A stretch of DNA of 64,000 nucleotides from an uncultured Actinomycetota bacterium (GTDB lineage Bacteria > Actinomycetota > UBA4738 > HRBIN12): positions 104,554-168,553 of the forward strand of contig CAVXMB010000002.1 in assembly GCA_963762745.1 (NCBI GenBank), given 5' to 3'. Each line of letters starts with the position of its first letter. Positions within the stretch are counted from its first letter, which is position 1. The position numbers were made by a program, and so were the translations under genes. The notes under the pieces are model-generated. The model did no database searches. It worked only from the letters and a program-made list of their open reading frames with translations, and was not told the DNA's origin. Below, one piece after another: positions 18,910 through 27,306 of this stretch.

Positions 18910-20259
18910 GTGCGGCGAGGATCTCGGCGTGATAATCGCCGAGTGCGACAACCCCCGAGCAGGTTCACCGGTGCGGGATGGTTGCTGCTCGCCCTCGCGC
19001 TGAACCTGGGTGTCGGACTGCTCATCAAGAGCCAGCCCACGATCGACGACGGACGCCTCCGAGCACCCTGCGCCGAGGGCGACTGGACGGACGGACGACA
19101 GTTCACTCGACTCTGCTACTCCGACATCGTCCTGCTCTCTCGCACCGAGCATCTGGCGGACGGTCGTCTTCCATACCTGGACCCCTGCCCTCCCGACCCC
19201 GCCCGACCTACCGCAGAGCCCGTCTGCGACGAGTACCCGGTCCTCACCATGTACACGATGTGGCTGACCTCCCGCGCATCGACCGGAACCGGCAGCTTCC
19301 TCCTGTGGAACGCAGCGTTGCTGAGCATCGGAGCTGCCGTCGTCGCGCTGAGCCTCCACGCGCTCTCTCGCGAGCGTGCGTTCTGGTTCGCTCTGGCTCC
19401 GACCCTGCTGGTGTACGCCTTCATGAACTGGGATCTGATCGCCGTGGCGTTCGCGACCGCCGGGACGCTCGCGTTCCTCCGCGAGCGTGATCGCGTGTCC
19501 GGCACGTTGCTCGGGCTGGGTGCGGCCGCGAAGCTCTATCCGGCTCTCCTGGTCGTTGCGTTCGCGGCGGATCGGATCCGCCGGGGTGACCGGAAGGGTG
19601 CGGCGCGAGTGGTGTTCTGGGGGGGTGGCACCTGGCTCGTCCTCAACCTCCCCTTCGCACTCACCGGATACGAGGGATGGAGCCGGTTCTTCCGACTGAG
19701 CGCGAACCGGCCTCCCGACCTGGACAGTCTCTGGTTCATCGGATGCCGCTGGGTCGCCGGGGAGTTCCCGTGCCTTCACTCTCCATTCGGACTGCTGTCA
19801 CCCCTGCAGCTCTTCAGCTTCATGTCTGGAGCTGCCTTCGTGGGGACCGTCGCTCTCGTGTGGTGGCTTCGAGCACGCCGCGACCCGGCCTTCCCCGTCT
19901 GGACCGTCGGACTCCCCCTTCTCATCGTGTTCGTGCTGACGAGCAAGGTGTATTCGCCCCAGTTCAGCCTCTGGCTGCTCCCCTGGTTCGCCCTGGCCCT
20001 TCCGGGCTTGAAGCGGGTCCCGGCCCTCGGCCTCTTCGCAGCGTTCGAGGCGACGGACATCCTCGTCTTCGTCACCCGCTTCACGTGGTTCGGGATCGGC
20101 GGTCCGGATCAATGGGTATTCGAAGCTGCGGTCGTCCTACGGGCCATCGTCCTCGTGGTGTGCCTCGCTGCGTGGGTCCTGGGGCCGAGCCCCACCTTGG
20201 AAGCAGAAGAACCGGCACCGGATCCGCGCCGCCTGGACAGCGGCATCGTCAGAGCGTGA
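18910..20259 (+). CDS. GT-C type membrane glycosyltransferase (DUF2029/GT87-like); start uncertain
   Basis: Polytopic membrane protein, with the LCYSDIVLL... loop after TM1 typical of DUF2029-type mannosyltransferases. Only about 20 nt separate it from the divergent PMT start, so one of the two starts is probably internal. Confidence 0.6.
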   Translation: MRRGSRRDNRRVRQPPSRFTGAGWLLLALALNLGVGLLIKSQPTIDDGRLRAPCAEGDWTDGRQFTRLCYSDIVLLSRTEHLADGRLPYLDPCPPDPARPTAEPVCDEYPVLTMYTMWLTSRASTGTGSFLLWNAALLSIGAAVVALSLHALSRERAFWFALAPTLLVYAFMNWDLIAVAFATAGTLAFLRERDRVSGTLLGLGAAAKLYPALLVVAFAADRIRRGDRKGAARVVFWGGGTWLVLNLPFALTGYEGWSRFFRLSANRPPDLDSLWFIGCRWVAGEFPCLHSPFGLLSPLQLFSFMSGAAFVGTVALVWWLRARRDPAFPVWTVGLPLLIVFVLTSKVYSPQFSLWLLPWFALALPGLKRVPALGLFAAFEATDILVFVTRFTWFGIGGPDQWVFEAAVVLRAIVLVVCLAAWVLGPSPTLEAEEPAPDPRRLDSGIVRA

Positions 20260-20456
20260 GGACGAACCGAGGAGCTCATCCTGATGCAGTCGATAAGCTG
20301 TCCTCAACTTCCGCGATCCCTTCCATCAGGAACGAGACTCGAGTGGACCCGAAACCCGCCAGCGATGAAACACGCACGGCCATCGACTCGGTAGGTGCGC
20401 AACCTCAGTCTGACGTCGGGACCTGTTTCGGGTACGCGGTGCGTGCGCCGTTCCCC

Positions 20457-21305
20457 ATGATGGCGATGCGATCCGGCGGCGGAGTTCCACTCGATGTGCT
20501 CGAAGCGGGGGATCCGCCCGAGAACATCGGGGAGCCGCTTCTTCAGTGGGTCGAGGGTGACAGGTCGATCGTGCGGCTGTACCAGGAGGCGACCGAGTAC
20601 CTCATGTGGGTCGATGGAGACGATTGGTTCCGCATCAACCCGGATGCCCCGTCCATCACGTGCATCGGCAGCGTCGGGGGTCCCCGCCGTGAGGCGAGGA
20701 TCTTCGGTCTTCCGGCCGCCCTGTGCTTCATGGCCCGCGGCCATGTGGCCGTGCACGCGGCAGCCGTGGACGTCGACGGTTCCGCACTGCTCCTCGCCGC
20801 TCCCGGGAGGTTCGGGAAGACGACGTTGGCGGCGGCGTTCGCCGGCCTCGGGTATCGGCTTCTCGCCGAGGACACCACGTGCTATCGCCCTGCCCCCGAC
20901 CCCGCGGTGCTGCCGGGCTTGGCCATGCTGCGGATCCGTCCCGACGTGTACGAACACGTCAGTCTCCCCGGCACCACGGTGGCGGCGGTCGACCCGGAAC
21001 GCGTCTTCGTCGTCCTCGATGAGCGGGGGCGGGGGGACAGCGAACCGGTACCTCTCCGGGGCGTGGTGTTCCTCCGCGTGTGGGATCAAGACGAGATCGT
21101 GCTCGAGCGGGTCGCGGCGGATCGGGTGATCTCGGATCTCTGGACGCTGACCTTCAATCTGCCGAACGACCGCTCACGGACGGAATGCTTCCAGGCGGTC
21201 GTCGGTCTGGCGACGGCGGTGCCGATCTGGAACCTCCACCGTCGTCTGTCCTTCGAACAGCTCCCCACCGTGATCGATCGGATCGTGTCGACGTGTCTCG
21301 CGTGA
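20457..21305 (+). CDS. HPr-kinase-related serine kinase (HprK C-terminal-domain-like), lasso-peptide-associated type
   Basis: VHAAAVDVDGSALLLAAPGRFGKTTLAAAFAGLGYRLLAEDTT matches the HprK-like P-loop core. The stop overlaps the B2 gene start (TGATG at 21303-21307). The portion of ORF 19677-21305 upstream of 20457 overlaps the previous gene and is discounted. Confidence 0.75.
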   Translation: MMAMRSGGGVPLDVLEAGDPPENIGEPLLQWVEGDRSIVRLYQEATEYLMWVDGDDWFRINPDAPSITCIGSVGGPRREARIFGLPAALCFMARGHVAVHAAAVDVDGSALLLAAPGRFGKTTLAAAFAGLGYRLLAEDTTCYRPAPDPAVLPGLAMLRIRPDVYEHVSLPGTTVAAVDPERVFVVLDERGRGDSEPVPLRGVVFLRVWDQDEIVLERVAADRVISDLWTLTFNLPNDRSRTECFQAVVGLATAVPIWNLHRRLSFEQLPTVIDRIVSTCLA

Positions 21306-21715
21306 TGCGTCCGGCGCCACCTCATCTGGGGCTTCCCGCCAGTGGGCGGTTGTTCGTTCGCATCTGGATCACCTTCGTTCGAGTGCGGTGGACGACGACT
21401 CGCCATCCGCTCCCGGCTGCGGTCGCCCGCTTGGGCGTGCCCGGCCCGGCCCCCCGCTACCGCCTGGAACCCCGCAGGCTCGGCGGCATCGTCGCCCGGG
21501 TATTGAGGTTCGGTCCGTGGCGGGCGAGATGTTTGTGGACGGCTCTCGTCCTGTATGTCCTGTTGCGCGACCAGCGCGATGCTGCCGACCTGGTGATCGG
21601 CCTTCCCTTGGAACCGAAGGACACCATCGCCCACGCGTGGGTAGAGATCGACGGGAAGGACGTCGGCCCGCCACCGGGACAGGGGCGGCACGAGGAGCTC
21701 GCCAGGTACTCCTGA
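21305..21715 (+). CDS. Lasso peptide biosynthesis B2 protein (transglutaminase-like leader peptidase)
   Basis: RCLWTALVLYVLLRDQ...DLVIGL...AHAWVEIDGKDVG gives the Cys...His...Asp arrangement and the HAWVE signature of McjB-C-terminal/B2 proteins. Confidence 0.8.
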   Translation: MRPAPPHLGLPASGRLFVRIWITFVRVRWTTTRHPLPAAVARLGVPGPAPRYRLEPRRLGGIVARVLRFGPWRARCLWTALVLYVLLRDQRDAADLVIGLPLEPKDTIAHAWVEIDGKDVGPPPGQGRHEELARYS

Positions 21716-21737
21716 TCCGGATCTCAGGTTCTCCCCG

Positions 21738-23516
21738 TCACCACCTGGAGAGGAAGGCGTGAACGGATGCGAGATCCTTGGCCCATCCGTACTCCGCGAG
21801 GTCGAGGTTCTCGGCCTCAAGGCTCTCGTGGAGGAGGTCGTATCGGACACCGCTCAGCCGATGCTGCGGGTCCATGAGCCAGCGCCGAAGCTCCGGATAG
21901 TCGATACCGGCCCGCACGGAGTCGTCGAAGTACGTCTTGTCCCGCCGATCCAGGATCGCATCGGGGACTCGCCCGCGCAGCAGCCCTCGGACGAGTGTCT
22001 TCCCTCTGACGTCGGGGAACTTGACCTCCGCCGGCAGGCTCAGGAAGAACTCCCACAGGTCGACGTCTCCCCACGGACGTCTGCACGCGATGTCGCAGAG
22101 CTGCTGACAGGTGTCGTCGGCTTCCGTCGTGAGGCCGACGCCTGAGAAGGGGCTGAGCTGTACCTTCGCCCATCGATCCCGGGCCGGCACGATGCTCCTC
22201 ACCGCGGCCTCGTTCACGCGGGCGACATCGAGCCACGCTGGAACGTTCGTCCGCAACCGTGCCCACTTGTAGGCCGTGACGCGGGTAGGAACGAAAGGGT
22301 TGGCCAGGCTCTTCAGCGATGCCGTCAATGAGCCTCCCCGCGCGCGGCGATCCCCCAGCAGACGCGCGACCGCCCCCCACCGTCCGTGCCAGACGAGGTG
22401 AGGGATCAAGTACGTGGAGATGTCGAAGACGAATTCCGCCAACTCCCCGCTCAGCACGGTGCGGTAGCCGAGGCCCCGCACGTGCCGGTAATGCTCTTCG
22501 TACTGGGGCAGCGAGATCGTGGGCACGGGTCCATCCGCGAGTCGAGTCCACTCGGCGAGGCGATCCATGGGCCGGGCGTGCTGCTGGTAGAGATCAAGGG
22601 GCATCTGGAGTTGGTCCGCGACCAGGCGGGTGTACGTCGACTCGTCGACGGCCGGGTGATCGGGGTAGATGACCGATACGCCTCCCAGAGGACGGCCCTC
22701 GATCTCCAGGTGTCGAGATGCCCCGTACGCGGCGATCGCAGGGGAGTCCACGCCCCCGCTCAGCGACACGGCGTCCCGTCCGGTGAGGGTTCTCGCGACC
22801 GCCTGGGTCATCAGATGATCGAAGCGCTCCTTGATCTCCTCCGGCCCATAGCGCCCGGTTTCGAATCGATCGGTCGGATCCCAGTACCGCCTCAGCCGGG
22901 CGGCGCCCGAACGGTCCGCCACCAGGAGGGAGGCCTTCGGGAGTCGCTCTACGCCTCGGAGCGCGCTGGGGGTGTGCTCGTCGTACGTCCGGAAGTAGAT
23001 CGCCTCACAGACGTCCAGGTCCGGCTCTTCGGCGATGCCGGCGCCCGCGACGACTTGCTTCGCCTCAGAGGCGACGTAGACCGCGCGAGCGTCTCGACGG
23101 TAGAAGACAGGGCCGAACCCCAGATGATCCCGGAACGCCATGATGCGGTCCCGGTCGCTGATGACACCCGCGAAGACGCCGCGGAGCCGGGCGGGGAGAT
23201 CGAGCCCGAAGGCTCGGTATCCTGCGACCAGAACGTCGGCTACATCCCCGGACGACGATGGATGGCCCGCCTGCTCCGCCGCTCGCGCCAATCCCGCCAC
23301 GTTGTCGATGGTTCCCGCCAGTGCCACAGCGACCTCTGCATCAACGCCCAGATGAGCGTCATCGCGGCCCTCTGACGTCCCCACCGCGAGCGCGACGGCG
23401 CCATGCTGGACGAGCTTGGTCCGTCCACCTCGATGGGGCGCAGCCCGGATCATGTCCTCGACGACGGTCTCGTCGGGAACACCGGTGTGGAACAGGGCTA
23501 CGGAGATCGATCCCAT
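21738..23516 (-). CDS. Lasso peptide cyclase (asparagine synthetase B homolog)
   Basis: SLSGGVDSPAIAAY PP-loop. The N-terminal domain starts MGSIS, so the Cys nucleophile of true glutamine-dependent AsnB is absent. Convergent with B2 and immediately downstream of the small precursor ORF. Confidence 0.85.
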   Translation of the reverse strand: MGSISVALFHTGVPDETVVEDMIRAAPHRGGRTKLVQHGAVALAVGTSEGRDDAHLGVDAEVAVALAGTIDNVAGLARAAEQAGHPSSSGDVADVLVAGYRAFGLDLPARLRGVFAGVISDRDRIMAFRDHLGFGPVFYRRDARAVYVASEAKQVVAGAGIAEEPDLDVCEAIYFRTYDEHTPSALRGVERLPKASLLVADRSGAARLRRYWDPTDRFETGRYGPEEIKERFDHLMTQAVARTLTGRDAVSLSGGVDSPAIAAYGASRHLEIEGRPLGGVSVIYPDHPAVDESTYTRLVADQLQMPLDLYQQHARPMDRLAEWTRLADGPVPTISLPQYEEHYRHVRGLGYRTVLSGELAEFVFDISTYLIPHLVWHGRWGAVARLLGDRRARGGSLTASLKSLANPFVPTRVTAYKWARLRTNVPAWLDVARVNEAAVRSIVPARDRWAKVQLSPFSGVGLTTEADDTCQQLCDIACRRPWGDVDLWEFFLSLPAEVKFPDVRGKTLVRGLLRGRVPDAILDRRDKTYFDDSVRAGIDYPELRRWLMDPQHRLSGVRYDLLHESLEAENLDLAEYGWAKDLASVHAFLSRW

Positions 23517-23601
23517 GGGTGGCGTCGCAGTCTAGAAGAGCCACCTCCTGCGAAAGCGGGTTCGGCTCGGTGGCCTCCTCGCCCCCCTGGCAAGAAGGGG
23601 C

Positions 23602-23639
23602 AAGAAAAAGATCGACCGCACCTCTCGGTGCGGTCGATC
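23602..23639 (-). terminator. Intrinsic terminator/attenuator hairpin between the precursor gene and the cyclase gene
   Basis: On the minus strand there is a perfect 13-bp stem, gatcgaccgcacc-gaga-ggtgcggtcgatc, followed by tttttcttg. It starts 27 nt after the precursor stop. Confidence 0.7.
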
Positions 23640-23665
23640 GGTGGTTCGGATCGTGTTCTGAAGAG

Positions 23666-23812
23666 CTACGGAGTCGCTGCCAGCGCCGACTGCTCGCCGA
23701 AGTTATCCAGGTGGCAGCCCGTGAGGCAACCCTTCGTCTGACCGTGTGGCGTCGTGAACGTGTGGTCGGCGATCGACCCCAGGTCCATGACGACCGGCGT
23801 TTCGTACACCAT
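23666..23812 (-). CDS. Candidate lasso peptide precursor (48 aa): MVYETPVVMDLGSIADHTFTTPHGQTKGCLTGCHLDNFGEQSALAATP
   Basis: AGGAGG lies 5-6 nt upstream of the ATG at 23812. 41 of 48 codons end in G/C, as in the surrounding genes. The leader fits Y-x-x-P-x-(L/V)-x3-G-x5-T. Directly upstream of the cyclase on the same strand. Confidence 0.65.
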   Translation of the reverse strand: MVYETPVVMDLGSIADHTFTTPHGQTKGCLTGCHLDNFGEQSALAATP

Positions 23813-23990
23813 GTCGCCTCCTCTTCCCCTTGGGATCCCATTTGTCGGGGGGTCCCCCATCATAGGGACATCGCGTCTGCAATGCCCTACTACCTTTGGC
23901 GTATCTTTGCTAGTGATACACCCCTACCCAGCATCCCCCATCCTGACGGGGGGTTCCTGCTTGGCCTACTTCTTCGGCCGTATCTTTCCC

Positions 23991-25304
23991 ATGATACGCA
24001 GAGGCAAACCCCGAGGGATGGGCCGGGAGCCCACAGGTCGCTATCCTCTCCCGGTGGCGCATTGGCGCGTGCCCCCCACGATTGGTGCCCGGCTTCCTCA
24101 TGTGGAAGGGGCTCGAGCGCTCGCAGCCAGCAGCATCGTCGTTTTCCACGTGTGGAAGTACGGCTCTTCCAGCGGGCCGGCCAGCCTCGGTCCGACCGGA
24201 CGTCTTCTGCCCCACCTGGCATTGGGGGTGACGCTTTTCTTCGCACTCTCCGGTTTCCTGCTCTACCGGCCTTTCGCGGCCGCCCTGATGCGCGGGACTC
24301 CTCGTCCGGATCTGGCCGCCTACTTCCGGAACCGAGCTCTTCGGATCCTGCCCGCCTACTGGGTGATCCTCTTGGTCACCGGCGTGGTGATGGGAGCCAC
24401 GCTCGTCAGCTACGACCTCCAACGCGGATCGCTCGCCACCCGACCAGGTCTCTTGGTGCGGGATGCCCTCCTCGTGCAGAACTACGCCCCAGGAACGATC
24501 CTCACCGGGATCGGACCGGCATGGTCACTCGCCATCGAGGTGGTGTTCTATCTCGTGCTTCCGCTCTTGGGCTTGATCGCGTTCGCGCTCGCTCGACGGG
24601 CCTCGAACGACTCGCGACGTCGGAGGCTCGCATCGCTCCCACCGATCCTGGTGCTCCTGATCGGGGTCTCGGGGAAGCTGGTTGCCACGTATCTCGTACC
24701 TGGATGGGGCCCGGGATTCGGATGGGTCAACGACTGGCACTCCGTGCTCGAGCGCAGCTTCTGGGCACAGGCCGACCTGTTCGCGTACGGGATGCTCCTG
24801 GCGGTCGTGTCCATCGCGGTCGAGGACGGACGTATCCAGCTGCCGCGTGGATGGTGGCCCGTGACCGCCTCGGCGTTCGTCGGCCTCGCTGCCGCGACGG
24901 CGGTCGGCTTCGACGAGGGAGCGATCAACCAGTACGTCTACGACTCGTTGATGGCCCTCGCATGCGCCCTGTTCCTCGCTCTCGTCGTGCTCGCGGGGCG
25001 CGACGGCGAGCGGCGACCCTTCCTTCTGAGCTGGCTCGAGGCCCGGCCGATCGTCTGGGTGGGGGTGGTTTCCTACAGCCTCTTCCTTTGGCACGAGCCG
25101 ATCATCTGGTGGCTTCGGGACCGGGGCTTGCTGGTCGCGGGAAATGCCGCCGGAGACTTCCTGTTGAACCTCGCCATCGTGGGGACGGTTTCGCTGGCGC
25201 TGTCTGCTCTCACCTATCGGGTCGTGGAATTGCCCGCCCTCCGACGGAAGGCACGGACCCCGACACGAGACGAGGCGGTGGCGGTCGTCGCGGCGGCGCC
25301 CTGA
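23991..25304 (+). CDS. Acyltransferase family 3 (membrane O-acyltransferase)
   Basis: RLPHVEGARALAASSIVVFHV... N-terminus followed by about 10 hydrophobic segments, typical of the PF01757-type. The start is chosen at ATG 23991 because upstream ORF residues overlap the precursor gene. Confidence 0.8.
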   Translation: MIRRGKPRGMGREPTGRYPLPVAHWRVPPTIGARLPHVEGARALAASSIVVFHVWKYGSSSGPASLGPTGRLLPHLALGVTLFFALSGFLLYRPFAAALMRGTPRPDLAAYFRNRALRILPAYWVILLVTGVVMGATLVSYDLQRGSLATRPGLLVRDALLVQNYAPGTILTGIGPAWSLAIEVVFYLVLPLLGLIAFALARRASNDSRRRRLASLPPILVLLIGVSGKLVATYLVPGWGPGFGWVNDWHSVLERSFWAQADLFAYGMLLAVVSIAVEDGRIQLPRGWWPVTASAFVGLAAATAVGFDEGAINQYVYDSLMALACALFLALVVLAGRDGERRPFLLSWLEARPIVWVGVVSYSLFLWHEPIIWWLRDRGLLVAGNAAGDFLLNLAIVGTVSLALSALTYRVVELPALRRKARTPTRDEAVAVVAAAP

Positions 25305-25320
25305 GGCGACCGTTCGTTGG

Positions 25321-26490
25321 TCAGAAGAACCAGAGCCACCGGGTGAAGGTGATGACGCCGAGGGTGGCGAGCGGCGCGAAGACCGCCAACACGAGGTCGT
25401 GAGCGCGATCCCGCTCCTTCGTGAACGAGGCGATGAGCAGGACGATCGGGAACAACGAGAGGAGCGCACGAGGAACGCTGAAGTAGTGGGTGCTCACCAG
25501 GAGCGTGGCGAGCGTCGAACCCATGAAGGCGGCATATCCCCACAGACGCCTGGAGATGGCCCAGGCGGTGAACGCGATACCGACCGCGGCGGCAGCGATC
25601 TCCCCGGCATACGCGATCCTGAAATTCGCATCGAGTGACGGATCTCCGACGAACCGGAGCGTGGTGAGGAGCGCGGAGATCGGGCCTTTGAACTCCCGAA
25701 GCCAGCCCACGCGCTCGTCGGTGAGGAATGCGAAGGGATCGCCCCTGATGACCCAGAGGTAGGTGAGGTATGCCAGGAGCGGGAGCACCGCGAGAGACAA
25801 GGCCGCACCGGCTCTCACCAGGGATCTTCGTGAGAAGTCGCGTTGGGCGACGAACTCGACGACGAGACCGATCAGGAGGAACACTCCCGCCGGCCGGGCC
25901 GCCACGGCAACGAACGCCGCCGGGCCGACGGCGAGCCATCGACGTTGGCGAGCGTAGAAGAAGGCCGGGATGGCTCCGGCGAGGAAGAGCGGCTCACTGT
26001 ACGGTGCGATCAGGAACACCGCCGTGGGGAACAGGAGGAGGTACAGCACGGCCTTGCGACCGGCGCCCTCTCCGACCTCGGTCTCGGCGAGCTGGTACAG
26101 GAATCTGGTCGCCACCAGGGTGGCTGCCGCCGAGATCGTCAGACCCGCCGCGATCGGGGACAGGCCGATCCCGGACAACCCCCGCACCAGCACGGGCAGG
26201 AGAGGCCAGAACGCGGTGACGTAGCCGACGGTGCCGGGACCCCGGTATCCGTGCTCGGAGATCGCGAGGTAGTGAACCGCGTCCCACCGGTGCCAGATGG
26301 CAAGAGATCCCTCGCGGGGCATGTCCATCGAGGAAGCGAAGATCCATGTCGCGGCGTACGCGACGACCATGAAGACGATCCGAGTGACCACGACGAGGGT
26401 CGCCGCTTCCGCCCACGCAGGGTTCAACTCACGGAACCATCGTGCCCCGGATGCGATGGGCCGCCACGTCATGGGGGCCAAGCATCTCAT
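25321..26490 (-). CDS. PIG-V/Mannosyl_trans2-like GT-C membrane mannosyltransferase
   Basis: Polytopic membrane protein with HRWDAVHYLAISEHGY in the first loop (the WD..YL.IA..GY signature). Confidence 0.7.
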   Translation of the reverse strand: MRCLAPMTWRPIASGARWFRELNPAWAEAATLVVVTRIVFMVVAYAATWIFASSMDMPREGSLAIWHRWDAVHYLAISEHGYRGPGTVGYVTAFWPLLPVLVRGLSGIGLSPIAAGLTISAAATLVATRFLYQLAETEVGEGAGRKAVLYLLLFPTAVFLIAPYSEPLFLAGAIPAFFYARQRRWLAVGPAAFVAVAARPAGVFLLIGLVVEFVAQRDFSRRSLVRAGAALSLAVLPLLAYLTYLWVIRGDPFAFLTDERVGWLREFKGPISALLTTLRFVGDPSLDANFRIAYAGEIAAAAVGIAFTAWAISRRLWGYAAFMGSTLATLLVSTHYFSVPRALLSLFPIVLLIASFTKERDRAHDLVLAVFAPLATLGVITFTRWLWFF

Positions 26491-26574
26491 CGACCAACCG
26501 CTGCGGGGGTCGGTGCCCCAGGGAGGCGCTCTCGCCGGTCGGTATCATCGCGAGAACGTCGAGATCGGAGAACG

Positions 26575-27303
26575 ATGGTTGACACGGCGAAGCTCGGGAA
26601 GTGGATCAAGCCCCAACATCTGACCGAAGAGAACCTCGCCCGATATCGTGCTTCGTTCGCCGGCCACCCCGCTCAGCTGGTCGTGGTCGAGGACTTCTTG
26701 CTCGACGACGTCGCCGAGCGGATCAGCAGGTTCCTCGAAGGCGAGGCGCTCTTCGAGGAAGAGCACGGGCTGTACTCGATCGATGGAGCAGTGCCGCAGG
26801 CGGACTGGGAGTCCGCCGAGGACGACGACCGGCTCTTCCGTCTCTCCCGGCTGAAGGGGATCTCTCCCGAACACATGATGAGCCCGAACGCGGTCACCTA
26901 TCTCCGCCTGCGTCAAGCGTTGCAGCAGCCGGAGTTCAGGGAGCTCTTCGAAGCCCTCACCGGATTGGAGCTGGGGTCGAGCGACGACTTCGGGGTGCAC
27001 TCGATGAGCGTGGGAGATTTCCTTCGTCCGCACTCCGATGACGTTCGGGACCGCAGCATCGCCCTCGTGATGTACCTCTCGCCCGGTTGGAGCCCGTCCT
27101 TCGGTGGAGCCCTCCACATGGCCGACGAGACGGGAGGCGACACTCGGGTCGAGGCCACGTACAACAGCATCGTGGTCTTCGACGTCCAGGCGGAGAACTC
27201 TCACCTGGTCGCGCCCATCGAAGCCGCGGCCGGAGAGACCCGCAGGCTCACGATCGGAGGCTGGTACCCGAAGCCGACGGGTGCCGATAGCGCCGCGTCG
27301 TAA
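26575..27303 (+). CDS. 2OG-Fe(II) oxygenase (prolyl-4-hydroxylase-like)
   Basis: GGAG RBS at 26567-26570. FLRPHSDD (HxD) plus downstream SHLV and RLTIGGWY (distal His / Arg region). The upstream part of the 486-aa ORF is antisense shadow. Confidence 0.8.
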   Translation: MVDTAKLGKWIKPQHLTEENLARYRASFAGHPAQLVVVEDFLLDDVAERISRFLEGEALFEEEHGLYSIDGAVPQADWESAEDDDRLFRLSRLKGISPEHMMSPNAVTYLRLRQALQQPEFRELFEALTGLELGSSDDFGVHSMSVGDFLRPHSDDVRDRSIALVMYLSPGWSPSFGGALHMADETGGDTRVEATYNSIVVFDVQAENSHLVAPIEAAAGETRRLTIGGWYPKPTGADSAAS

Positions 27304-27306
27304 GGC

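Noticed and set aside
20284-20394. 36-aa ORF (MQSISCPQLPRSLPSGTRLEWTRNPPAMKHARPSTR) with a GAGGAG upstream, just before the kinase-B2 operon: a possible second precursor
   Set aside because: Only about half of its codons end in G/C, against 41/48 for the accepted precursor. It has no Y-x-x-P leader motif and no Gly/acidic residue spacing suitable for a macrolactam. It is probably non-coding promoter/leader sequence.
19677-20456. Upstream extension of the HprK-like kinase ORF (542-aa version)
   Set aside because: It overlaps the well-supported GT-C membrane protein gene (18910-20259) in another frame, and its sequence is Arg/Pro-rich. The kinase homology begins only after the Met cluster at 20457.
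21738-23516. Annotating this gene as a genuine asparagine synthetase (asnB) or an EPS-associated amidotransferase
   Set aside because: The N-terminus is MGSIS, with no Cys2 nucleophile. The gene is flanked by a B2-type transglutaminase-like gene and a small RBS-preceded peptide gene. A lasso cyclase is the better call, although the EPS context makes the alternative worth testing.
23258-25402. 714-aa plus-strand ORF spanning the cyclase 5' end, the precursor and the acyltransferase
   Set aside because: Arg/Pro/Gly-rich and out of frame with the acyltransferase ORF (23754-25304 frame), which has real TM structure. It overlaps the strongly supported minus-strand cyclase and precursor.
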